Source: Octopus sinensis
Lineage: Eukaryota
Direction: 5' to 3'
DNA: 64,000 bases
Assembly (NCBI RefSeq): GCF_006345805.1
Contig: NC_042998.1
Coordinates: 36,456,001 to 36,520,000, forward strand
Below are positions 40,381-51,363 of the stretch, piece by piece. The notes under the pieces were generated by a model. The model was given only the letters and a program-made list of their open reading frames with translations, had not been told where the DNA came from and did no database searches. Every line of letters starts with the position of its first letter. The first letter of the stretch is position 1. The translations under genes were made by a program, and so were the position numbers.

Positions 40381-40428
40381 CATTTCAGTACCGGTTTCGG
40401 TCATTTTGAGACCTTTTCAACTGTAACG
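40381..40428 (-). ncRNA. Mirror copy of the PLE hammerhead ribozyme in the inverted arm
   Basis: Exact reverse complement of 42913-42960. Confidence 0.72.
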
Positions 40429-41011
40429 ATTAAATAATTAAATTTAGAAAAATTAGAAGAAAAGTTTTCTTAAAAGAATATTTCTATAGTAGTGTTCAGA
40501 TTTAAGTGGCATTCTGCCTTCTCTGACTCCCTTGTTTGCACTTGTGTGTTCGAGGTAGTTGTGAGTTCTTGGTAGGGTAGTAGAGGGAAGGCTGGTGAGG
40601 AAAGGGGGGTGGGAGAATCTGGGAGTGCCCTGATGGTCGTATTTTGAATGGTCAGTGGCGGCTGGCAGTCTCAGTTCAATTCAGGGGAATATTTATATTG
40701 ACAGGCTTGTTTATAGAATTAGCGTAGGTGTTATACTAAAAAACATTAGTGACAACTTAAGGGGTAGGGGTGGAGAAGAAGAAGAAGAGAAGAAGAAGAA
40801 GAAGAGAAGAAGAAGAAGGAGAAGGAGAAGATGATGGTGATGGTGGTGATGATTATGACGACGATGATGATGATAACGATGATGATGAAGAAGAAGAAGG
40901 AGGAGAAGGAGAAGATGGTGGTGATGATGGTGGCGATGATGATGACGCCGATGATGATGATAACGATGATGATGAAGAAGAAGAAGAAGAAAAAAACAGA
41001 AGGGGACTGCG

Positions 41012-42211
41012 ATGGGTACACGAATGGCCCCCTCCTTTGCCAACCTAGTCATAGGATACCTAGAGATCAGTCTGTATCGTAAGGTTCTTGAAAGATATGG
41101 CAGCCCTTTCTCCATCTACATAGAAAACAACTGGAAGAGATATCTAGATGACTGTTTCATCCTTTGGCATAAAAATATAGAAAAACTCATAGAATTCCAG
41201 AAAATTTTAAACGGACTGGACGTAAACATCCAATTCACGATGGAATATAGCCAACAACAACTCCCCTTCCTCGATATCCTCATTAAGAAAGCTAATAATA
41301 TAATAGAAACAGACATATACTATAAGCCTACAGACTCTAAGCAATATCTTCCATTCAATTCATGCCACCCCAGACACACCAGGATGAATATCCCCTTCAA
41401 TCTAGCAAAAAGGATATGCACTATAGTCTCTAACGCAAACACCAGAGACACACGACTACAAGAACTAAAAGATACCCTAATCACCAGGAACTATCCACCT
41501 TCACTTATTGACAAGTGCATTCAACGTGCCCTTCAACTTAACATCAAGGAACTGAGACATCCCAAATCAAAGAAAAACTTACAACCAAAAGCCTTACCAT
41601 ACATCTCCACACACAACCCTCTCAATAACGAAGCCTTCGACACCATCCTCCACAACATACCCCTCCTAAAAAAAGACCACAGAATGAACACAATCCTCCA
41701 AACACACACGATCATAAAAAGCAAAAGACAGCCTAGATCCATGAAAAGTCTCCTTACACAAGCCCGAATTCACTCTTCAACACAGAAGCCGACAGTAAAA
41801 AAATGTGGAAGACCCAATTGCGGGATATGCGACTATCTAATCGAGGGTTCTGAGTTCTCCTTCAAACAGGGACAACGGTTTACAGTGAAAAGCAACTTCA
41901 CATGTGCTTCGGAGAACCTAATATACTCACTAACCTGCTCCGGGTGTCAAGAGCAGTACATAGGCCAAACAAAAAATGGTTTGCGTAAACGAATGGCCCT
42001 GCACAGATCCCAGATAAAAATTCCCCAAAACAGAAAAATAGCTTTTAGCCAACACATAGATACTTGCGCCAACCAAAAAACACCAAACTTCAGAATTTTC
42101 CCCCTCTACCAATTTAGGGACGATACAACCTCGAGACAAAGAATAAGTAAAGAAAATCTCTTTATTACAAAATACAAGCCACTTCTTAACGGGTCTACGA
42201 CAAACAATTAA
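41012..42211 (+). CDS. PLE protein C-terminal half: RT motifs, thumb, Cys linker and GIY-YIG endonuclease (5'-truncated)
   Basis: (GTA)MGTRMAPSFANL, WKRYLDDCF, LPFLDI, YYKPTD, CHPRHTRMNIP, CGRPNCGIC, NLIYSLTCSGC..YIGQT..RMALH..HIDTC. No stops over 1200 nt. Confidence 0.92.
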   Translation: MGTRMAPSFANLVIGYLEISLYRKVLERYGSPFSIYIENNWKRYLDDCFILWHKNIEKLIEFQKILNGLDVNIQFTMEYSQQQLPFLDILIKKANNIIETDIYYKPTDSKQYLPFNSCHPRHTRMNIPFNLAKRICTIVSNANTRDTRLQELKDTLITRNYPPSLIDKCIQRALQLNIKELRHPKSKKNLQPKALPYISTHNPLNNEAFDTILHNIPLLKKDHRMNTILQTHTIIKSKRQPRSMKSLLTQARIHSSTQKPTVKKCGRPNCGICDYLIEGSEFSFKQGQRFTVKSNFTCASENLIYSLTCSGCQEQYIGQTKNGLRKRMALHRSQIKIPQNRKIAFSQHIDTCANQKTPNFRIFPLYQFRDDTTSRQRISKENLFITKYKPLLNGSTTNN

Positions 42212-42912
42212 TATACCTCAACTTTAGAATAAAGAAAAAAATATATATACACACACAAATACTACACTCCATAGAATCCATTACTAATCAGCCCCTTCAT
42301 AGCTATATTTACACCCATTCATATTCTCCCTTCTCTGTTTTTTTCTTCTTCTTCTTCTTCATCATCATCGTTATCATCATCATCGGCGTCATCATCATCG
42401 CCACCATCATCACCACCATCTTCTCCTTCTCCTCCTTCTTCTTCTTCATCATCATCGTTATCATCATCATCGTCGTCATAATCATCACCACCATCACCAT
42501 CATCTTCTCTTCTCCTTCTCCTTCTCCTTCTTCTTCTTCTTCTTCTTCTTCTTCTTCTTCTTCTCCACCCCCTACCCCTTAAGTTTGTCACTAATGTTTT
42601 TTAGTATAACACCTACGCTAATTCTATAAACAAGCCTGTCAATATAAATATTCCCCTGAATTGAACTGAGACTGCCAGCCGCCACTGACCATTCAAAATA
42701 CGACCATCAGGGCACTCCCAGATTCTCCCACCCCCCTTTCCTCACCAGCCTTCCCTCTACTACCCTACCAAGAACTCACAACTACCTCGAACACACAAGT
42801 GCAAACAAGGGAGTCAGAGAAAGGCAGAATGCCACTTAAATCTGAACACTACTATAGAAATATTCTTTTAAGAAAACTTTTCTTCTAATTTTTCTAAATT
42901 TAATTATTTAAT

Positions 42913-42960
42913 CGTTACAGTTGAAAAGGTCTCAAAATGACCGAAACCGGTACTGAAATG
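42913..42960 (+). ncRNA. Type I minimal hammerhead ribozyme, U3:A8 compensatory core
   Basis: CGTTACAG / TTGAAAA / GGTC-tcaaaat-GACC / GAAA / CCGG / TA^ / CTGAAATG: stem I 7 of 8 pairs, 4-bp stem II, palindromic ACCGGT stem III, GUA cleavage triplet. Confidence 0.75.
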
Positions 42961-43004
42961 TTCACTATAAAATTATTTTAGCATTTTCTATTTTTTACTT
43001 GTTT

Positions 43005-43080
<76 letters not shown>

Positions 43081-43083
<3 letters not shown>

Positions 43084-43810
43084 TATTAGAAGTCACAAAA
43101 GTGACAGAGGTTACTGACTAGCACCACTTTTGCTAAAAATAAGAGTTAAAATAACTAAAAAAGCCACGAAAGCACTGTCTTAATGAGTGATGAAGACCAG
43201 TAACTCCCGAGCATATTTCGGATCGTGATTTCGGATTTTGATGTAGATCATCGTACTCCTCATCAGTGACTGTTAACGCCTAGGGTTAAACTTAACTACC
43301 TCTGTCAGTCTTATAACAAAAAGCACTGAAGACAAGTGCTGATTAACTCCTATTTTTAGCAAAAGCGGCGCTAGTCAGTACCCTGTATCACTTTTATGAC
43401 CTCTATTAACTTTGCCTTTAGGTTCTTATTGCTCATAAGTAACCCATTTAATTTGATGTTTACTCTTTTACCGCTTAGAAAATCAGCACAGATTTTCAGT
43501 GGTTTTCTTATATGACTGACAGATGTAGTTGAGTTTAACCCAAGGCGTTATGAATCGCCGATGAAAATAAAGATGGTCTACATCAAAATCCGAAAGCGCA
43601 ATCCAACTATGTGCCCTGGGGATTTACCTCCCTTTGTGAGTCATTAAAATAGTGCTTTTGTGACTTTTTGAGTTGTTTTAACTCTTTTCTTCAGCAAAAG
43701 CGGCAATAGTCAGTAACCTATGTCACTAGTGTGGCATCTATTAATTGGGTCTTTAGGTTATAATTGCTAAGATGCCACCGTTTTTTAATTTGCTGTTTAA
43801 TTTTCATCTT
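43081..43810. repeat. Old cluster of inverted and tandem ~200-330-bp units with decayed hammerhead cores
   Basis: The reverse complement of 43085-43270 aligns with 43555-43740 (GATG.TCTACATCAAAATCCGAAA; TTTAACTCTT.T.T.AGCAAAAG.GG..CTAGTCAGTAACC). A third partial unit lies at 43340-43460. Confidence 0.75.
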
Positions 43811-43997
43811 ATACTGGTTTCAGACAGAGGCTGGGGTCATGCTGGAGCATCTTCCCCAGTGTGATTGGGTTTCTTTTCTGCACTATGTTTATTGAAGTAG
43901 CGAATTGGATGGAGCTGGTCGTCTTTGTACCTCGTGCCATACCTGAGCTCATCAGATATTTCAGAAGAAAGTTTCCCTGTGTGTACATATATATATA

Positions 43998-44163
43998 TAT
44001 CGCTTCCTTCGACTCCATTTAATTGAACAGTGCAAGTATTACATCAGTTTTAAAATGTAGAGCAATCTTCAGCTGCATAAAGATATAGAATTTAGTTAAA
44101 TTAAAAAGATTCATTTCTATAATACTTGCACTGTTCAATTAAATGGAGTCGCATGAAACGATA
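43998..44163. mobile_element. ~165-bp MITE with 31-bp perfect (about 44-bp imperfect) TIRs
   Basis: GACTCCATTTAATTGAACAGTGCAAGTATTA at 44011-44041 with its reverse complement at 44120-44150; TA at both outer ends. Confidence 0.85.
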
Positions 44164-44183
44164 GTACTGCATTACCTCTGGCT

Positions 44184-44271
<88 letters not shown>

Positions 44272-46833
44272 AGGTGAACTTGTGCCACGGAAATAATGTA
44301 GCAGGAGAGGGAAACTACGGGAGAAATGGCGAAAGAAATTTGAAGGGGAATAAACGCAGGCAAAATGAGTTTCAAATTAAGAATAATTGAGATAAGATTT
44401 GAGCTGAATAATTAGAGAGTGAATGCTGACGAAGAGTAAGAGAGGAACTAAAACGTTCATTTATGTCTGTATGTGTAATGACTCCGAGTTTCACAATGAA
44501 ATGTTTTTTCCTTGCGTTGTTTTGAGTTTACGGTTCAATGACATACAGAGATGCCACATGCCCTTAAAGAATGGATAGAATGTTAATGGAATAGCAATTT
44601 GCGTTCAAGTGGTGACGACAGGTTAGAGTGGCATTCCTAGTCGTGCGTTTAGAACGCACTCCCAAAGCGCTCGGAAAGGCGAATGGTTTGTTTTCCCAAA
44701 TATATACTTTCGACACAATTTTCAGTGTTCTTATGTAAAGACGGGGGCAATGTTGTTTGTGGGCTAATTTAAAAGTGCCTGGTTACGTATGTGTGGGCAT
44801 AATCACTTTCAGAAACAGAATAATTATTGCGAGGCGGATTGGGGTGATTTTGTCAGAAATACAATACGAAAGCTGTTTGAATGTGAAGACGGACAGATGA
44901 AGGGTGGATTGTATAAACCTATTGAGAACTGCATTCAATTAAAATTAATATGAGAATACCACGAAGTAAACTAATTGCCGTGTAAATATTTGGACGCTTA
45001 CCTAACAGGGTGTTCAGTTCATTAAAATTAAACAGTTATTCTACTGAATTTTATATCTTAATTAATAATTTATTGCATTGATTATTGTTGTCTCTAGCTA
45101 TAACTAAAGTATGCTTCATAGTTAATATGATCTACAGAAGATATAATTTAATATAAATCCATTAGGATTAAAATGTATATTTTCCAGAAACAATATTTCA
45201 TTCTCCATCTTTCTTTATAATTTTCTCTTTTTTATGTATTTAGCATTTTAATCATAGACTTATATATCCTTTTACTCTTTTAATGGTTTCTTCGACAGCA
45301 CTGGGTCTTGTCGTTCTTAGGTTTCGTAGTTGTTATGACCAGGTACCAACGTCACACTGGATATCTTTTTACGTACCACTATTTATCGGAATACTATAAT
45401 ACGTGTGTAGCATCAAAATCCTTGCTTTAAAACACCAATATGAATATTGACACACACATACACACACACTCAGGAAGACTCGTTCACACTCACCTGCATA
45501 CGTGTTAATTCATACAATTATTTACTTCCAAATCTAGTGAGATATTTGGAGCAGTAAAAGATTAGATAATATATATACAAGATATATATTTCATATATAT
45601 CATATTTTTGTTCAATTCTAATTAATTTTGTGTTCGAGTGTATGAAATTTATCTTTGCTTGTCGTGCTCCCATGCACTATTAATCGAATATATTTAATAT
45701 AATGATGAAATTTCCAAGAACTAAATATAACCTCTACATCTATCCGCATAGCTTTCAGTAGAGAATATCAATTCTATAATTTGGACACAGTAACCACCGA
45801 ATATTGTGTCCTATTGAATTGGTTTTAACCATTAGGTGCAAGAGTTTGATTTTGTCCCAATGTAAACAATAATTGTTAATATCGTTTTAATTTGTGGAAA
45901 GACAGCGGTATAAATACAACGCCAAGATTCAGCAGGCCCAGAAGATAATTTCAAGTAGTTTCATCTCCTTATGTTCTGCTTTAAAACTGCAGGATTAACT
46001 TTGCTTTTACCTTCAGGGAATGAGATTAAATAAGTAAATTCAACTAATCTGAATCGAGAGAATTGACATTCCTATTTATACGAAAGGTGTAGACTTATTC
46101 TGACATAAAAATGTATTGCTTTAGATTGCGAAAGCAAGCTGTCAACTGCAGCATTGTTTTATCATGGTGATGTACCGCTGCGTTGATACGTAGCCATGTT
46201 GCTTTTGGAAATAGTAGTCTGTCAAAAGAAACAAATTTGCTTGATTTTTTTTTCAGCTGTCAGAACCATCCAATAATGTGTTCAATAGACAGCCTGTCCT
46301 TTATAGTTAGTTTCATCAGACTGTAAAATAGCATTTACCGTTGAATGATTTTGGAAAATAGTCCTAGGCATACCTACAATTCATAAATTATTAACAATAA
46401 TGCGAAAAGTTTAACAAACGCAGGCATATTTTCTGTGCCACTTCGTGAGATGTTGTTTTTGTAGATTGTTTTTTTTTTTACTTGGTAATTCATAAAAAAA
46501 AAACAACAACCAAATTCCATTGATGTGTGTCCAGTTGGAATATGGTAGTTCATATATTAATATATTTCAATCAAATTTAAATCGAGGTAGCTGACATGGT
46601 CATTCTAATTTGTATAACCGTACATTTATGCACACGATGCCAGTTAGTTAAGTAATTAATATATTTAACAATTTATTTAAAGCACAACGCATTAAAACTA
46701 TACAGTATCCAATACACATTTTTAATTTATTTCATCGTACTTTCTTCAGAAGTGTTGAGAGAATTTCTAAGTACAAAAATGTAAACATGTGTCCATAGAA
46801 AACAAAAAAGAAATCAGGGAATAACCTATTTTG

Positions 46834-46906
<73 letters not shown>

Positions 46907-47018
46907 CAAAAAACAATTAAGATTCAAGTGAATTCCAATGAATTCAAATGAATATGGTACCTAACTTAGATGCACCAGAATTCTTTATGGTATTAACCAT
47001 AAAATAATGTGGGGTGAT

Positions 47019-47353
47019 TATAACCAAGAAAAAAGCAACAAGACTGGATTAGTAGTTTAGTACAACTGTTTCATACTAAGAGCAATTTTATTTGAAGCTG
47101 CAAATAGTGCAGCAAATACAAATGTCCAGTATTCATCAGCTAAATCACATATATGTTTTCCAGACATCCAAAAGAGTTTGATTATTATGAGGATAATCAA
47201 ACTCTCTAGGATGTCTGGAAAACATATATGTGATTTAGCTGATGAATATTGGACATTTGTATTTGCTGCACTATTTGCAGCTTCAAATAAAATTGCTCTT
47301 AGTATGAAACAATTGTACTAAACTACTAATCCATTCTTGTTTCTTTTTCTTGG

Positions 47354-47358
<5 letters not shown>
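47019..47358. mobile_element. 340-bp foldback palindrome (167-bp arms, 7-nt loop), MITE-like
   Basis: 47019-47185 is the reverse complement of 47193-47358 with few mismatches; loop TATGAGG; TA at both ends. Confidence 0.92.
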
Positions 47359-47391
<33 letters not shown>

Positions 47392-47868
47392 TTCAAATTT
47401 TTCAGATTATGCATGCATGCACGCACACATACAACTACAGACACAGTTATACACACAGACAGACAGTCACACAGATACAAGCACAGCTACATACGCACAC
47501 ATCTATATACGTATATATGTTAAATTCAAATCGACACTTTGTGAAAGTACTTTTGTAAAGTTTAATTATAAAGAAATGGCAAAAAGGAATCATGCATTCA
47601 GTTGTAGAAAACTTTTACCAAAATTCCCTTTTCGGCTCCTGGATTAGGTTTCCGTTTTTTTGTCTTTGTTGCCGTACACATTCGCTAGCTTTTTTACAAA
47701 GGGGTAACTGCCCGAAACGGTCGTGACTTCTGGTACTTGACTGAGGAAAGAAGGCCACAAATGAGCCGTCTTTTTTTGCCTGTCGTTCTAATTCTTGTTT
47801 CTCTTATCTGCTTTTGTATCGTCTATCTGTTTAAATTTTTTATTGTCCTATCGCATTTTTGTTCCACT

Positions 47869-47917
<49 letters not shown>

Positions 47918-47944
47918 CATATACAGACACACACATATATATAT

Positions 47945-48013
<69 letters not shown>

Positions 48014-48402
48014 AGTGAATATTGTATGTCTCTGTGTGCACGTGTGTGTGTGTGTGTTAGCGTGTGCATGTGAGAGGATAAATCATGTATATACACTCAA
48101 AAGGCTTCGGTCTGGCAGTTGATGCTATAGTTTGAGACATTTGTCGAAGGTGCAAAGGAGGAGGCCTGAAACCGCAACCATATGGTTGAAAATCAAACAT
48201 TTTACCACACAGCCACGCCTATGAAAAAAAGTTAGGATAAGTTGTATGCACCTGAATCCCTGTTTTTTGTTTTCTTTAATGCCTTCCCTCTTACAAGGAA
48301 TGAAAGATTAACAGAAATCTGGTTGAGTTGCTCTGAAGATTTCTGTGTTTATGAAACTCAAAAGATTTCTGCGTAGCATTTGTCTTTTATCTTCTATTTG
48401 CT

Positions 48403-48810
48403 TTATTCAAGAGACTGCGGCCATGCTGGGGTATCACGTTGAAGAATTTTAACCGAATGGATCAGCCCAAGCACTTGTTTTTGTTTTTAGCCTCGTGCTT
48501 ATTACATCGGTAACTTTTAGTGAAGCGCTTAGTTACGGGGACGTAAACATACCGATGCCTAATGTCACGCTGTGGTGGGGGACAAACACACATGAAGATA
48601 CATACGAACACGCACATATACACACAAGCGCGCACGTACACACACACACACACACACATGCGACGGTTTTCTTTATGTTTCCATATACTATATCCACTGA
48701 CATGGCTTTGGTCATCCCGAGTTTAGGTAAAAGATACTTGCACACGCAGTGGGACTGAACCTAGAATCATGGGATTGAGAAGCAAGCTTCTTACTACAGA
48801 GCCACACATG
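48403..48810 (-). mobile_element. SINE family B, near full length
   Basis: GGGACTGAAC (B box, reverse), internal (CA)n and CTTAGTTACGGGGACGTAAACA / GCGGCCATGCTGGGG tail motifs. Confidence 0.8.
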
Positions 48811-50902
48811 AGGAGCTAGGCTTTGATTTGTCTCAACTCCAAACTATGGGGACCAGCTCAGAAAAGCATCTTAATCCTTAATTTTATTGCAACCCCAACA
48901 AACCGCACCCACCCGTGCCCATCGACCAGACTACTATCATGGCAGCCACCAACCGTCACTACCTGCTTTGTTATCCTCCTCATGATTAAATATAAAGAAT
49001 TCAAGTGCCTTCCATTTAATTTCTTTGTGTGGTGTATGATAAGACACTGATAAGCGTTAATATATTTGGGTATTTATACGTATTGACGAATTGGCCGAAT
49101 TTTAAGTGGAAATTGTAAACTTATCACCTTTGTATTGTTAAAAGAATGACGGTCGTCCAGCCGACATTAATGTAAGTAGTGCTACAAAATAGAGAACTAG
49201 ACTAGACTTCCGTATCAGTGCGTTTTGTGGCATTATTTTCAGGTAAGTATTAAAAGCGTTTCTAATGTGAACGACTAGAATTTTGTTTTACATTTTATGT
49301 AAGTTTTTAAGACACTCCGGATGTTTAAAAACAATTTAATGACGTAAATGACTAGTTTCGTAAAAGAATTGTATAAAAACGGCGTTTTCGGTCCAGCAAC
49401 ATGATTGGTATATCGAATCTATTGAGACATCTATATCAAAAGAGATTACTTCTTTGAAAAGAGAACACACGACTCCTCTTTTAACTCGTTGTTGGTGTCC
49501 ATGTACTTTGCTTGTTGTTCATTCGTTGACATTGTTTGGTTGCCAAATATATTTCTTTAAATTGATGGAAAGTATATAGAATATTTAAATAGACATATCT
49601 ATAAAGTAAAAGCTCTCAGATAGTAAAAAAGTAAAACAAAACAAGAAAAAATCTATCAGAATTCTATTATTTTGGCACATATTTCAGAAGTAAATTATAG
49701 AAGATGAAATATAATCTGGCGTGTTCCTTTCAATATACGTATTGTTTTCTTAGCAGTTGATGAATTGAATGGGAAAAAGAACAAAGACAAAAACAGAAAA
49801 AAGAAAGAAAATAAGTATATCTTATCGAATGATATACATACACAAACAGATTTTTAATTTAACATGTTTCAAAGGTAAATATTTAAATATTAGAAATATT
49901 TGGAGAATGTTGTCGAAAGACGAAAGTTAAACATGAAAAGAAACTGAAAAAGAAAACGAGAACGAAAAAACAAAACGAAACATTGCGTTATAAATTTTTA
50001 ATATTAGAAATCTGCCACAAAAAAGTAAACATGAAGAATATGAATCAAATGTTTGCAACGAGATATTTGTTGCTAAAATTGAAAATGAAATTGTTCCGTT
50101 AGGTTTATTATCATTTCTTAACAAAACCGTTATGACAATAAGACTACGTATGTGTAAATAATAGTTGATTTTTATCTCTGTTACTGAATGGTATTATAGA
50201 ATAACTCTCTGCTCGACTAAGGTATAACACTCGAAACAACATAGTAATGTAGATACTGATAAATTATTCCAGTTTTTCATTATATCTTTTTATAAAAACG
50301 GATTTTTATTTCCACATTCATCAACGTTTCTATTATGAATTACGTACAGTGTAAATAGTGTAAACAGTGTAAACATCCCACTCGTTGGTGAATTTCTTCT
50401 AAATTACAATTCTTATCTCTAAAAATTTAAGAGAACTAAAAATGTTGAATGAAATATTCTACTTTGAGTAACAAGGAACGTAGGTAGTGTATGTAATCAC
50501 AGACTCTGTGATCTGCTGGTGAATTCTTTATCAATTGGTTCGCAACACTTTTATGCAGAGCGCAGAGGCTTTGAAATATTTAAATAGATTTGATGAGTTG
50601 CTGTAAGAATATTTCCGATTTCCGTTGCTACAATTGGTAATTGCGCCTGATCGGTGCAATAGAGGAACAGATATGAGAGTTTGGCACTGTTTAACCTTTA
50701 ACTTTAGAAACTAGAATCATATAGTTGAGACAGAAAATGCAACAAAAGAAGTGAGCAGAAAAGGAATTCACGTGTTATGCTGCGTGGCTTAGTTGAGAAC
50801 ATTTAACATTTAATTTGAAAAGCATATGTAGGAGGCAAGTGCATACCATATTTCTTTCACAGCGATCAAATAATATCAGAACGGTCAGGTTCACAAATAA
50901 AA

Positions 50903-51294
50903 CGCTACTGTTTATAACTCGCTCTGAGATTTATCATTGTTTGATTTCGCTTTTTCAATATCAGTGTCAAATCGACACTGGAAACAGTATATGTATTTGT
51001 GAAGGGATCTGACTTCTCATCGACAACCATGATTGTCACACGCTGATGAAAGGTAAACACTTTGAAACTCGGGTACGTGTGTATCATGTGTTGAAGACGG
51101 GGAGGATGACTCCCCTTCACAAATACTGACAGGACACAGATAGTGTGTCTATAGCCAGCTGGTGGAGATATCGTCCTGGGGCTACAAACTACAGTAGCAT
51201 CCACCCTTATGGGTTAGCCATATTCAAATGGCAAATATGCAACACGATGTGTTACCGCTACTGTTTATAACTCGGTCTGAGATTTATCATTGTT
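50903..51294 (+). mobile_element. Retrozyme-like element: 353-nt monomer plus 39-nt terminal redundancy, containing a hammerhead
   Basis: CGCTACTGTTTATAACTCG(C/G)TCTGAGATTTATCATTGTT at 50903-50941 and 51256-51294; no ORF; many hairpins; ends at (TA)n. Confidence 0.75.
51028..51088 (+). ncRNA. Canonical type I hammerhead ribozyme with extended stem I
   Basis: CATGAT-tgt-CACACG / CTGATGA / AAGGT-aaac-ACTTT / GAAA / CTCGG / GTA^ / CGTGTG-t-ATCATG. Core intact, stem I 6+6 bp with internal loop, GUA triplet with cleavage after 51075. Confidence 0.88.
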
Positions 51295-51318
51295 ATATAT
51301 ATATATATATATATATAT

Positions 51319-51363
51319 GCTGATGAGGTTTCGGTCCTGAAAGCGAAACCAACGTTGGTGCAG
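51319..51363 (+). ncRNA. Second hammerhead motif, 5'-truncated, with non-cleavable GUG triplet
   Basis: CTGATGA / GGTTTCGG-tc-CTGAAAGC / GAAA / perfect 12-nt palindrome ACCAACGTTGGT / G. Stem I is lost to the upstream (TA)n. Confidence 0.6.

Larger units (their letters stand above)
40325..43016 (+). mobile_element. Young 5'-truncated Neptune-type PLE with an inverted copy of its 3' region at the 5' end
   Basis: 40325-41003 is the reverse complement of about 42331-43016, near-identical outside the microsatellites. It encloses an intact 399-codon RT/GIY-YIG ORF, and the 3' end runs into (TA)n. Confidence 0.95.

Noticed and set aside
40711-41115. Acidic D/E-rich and His-rich ORFs (mirrored at 42309-42591)
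   Set aside because: Translations of the compound trinucleotide microsatellite in the PLE 3' region and its inverted copy; not a gene.
47210-47250. CTGATGA as a possible hammerhead core (also 4350, 13980 minus, 31890 minus, 43950 minus, 46315 minus)
   Set aside because: No stem II followed by GAAA and no stems I or III; chance 7-mers.
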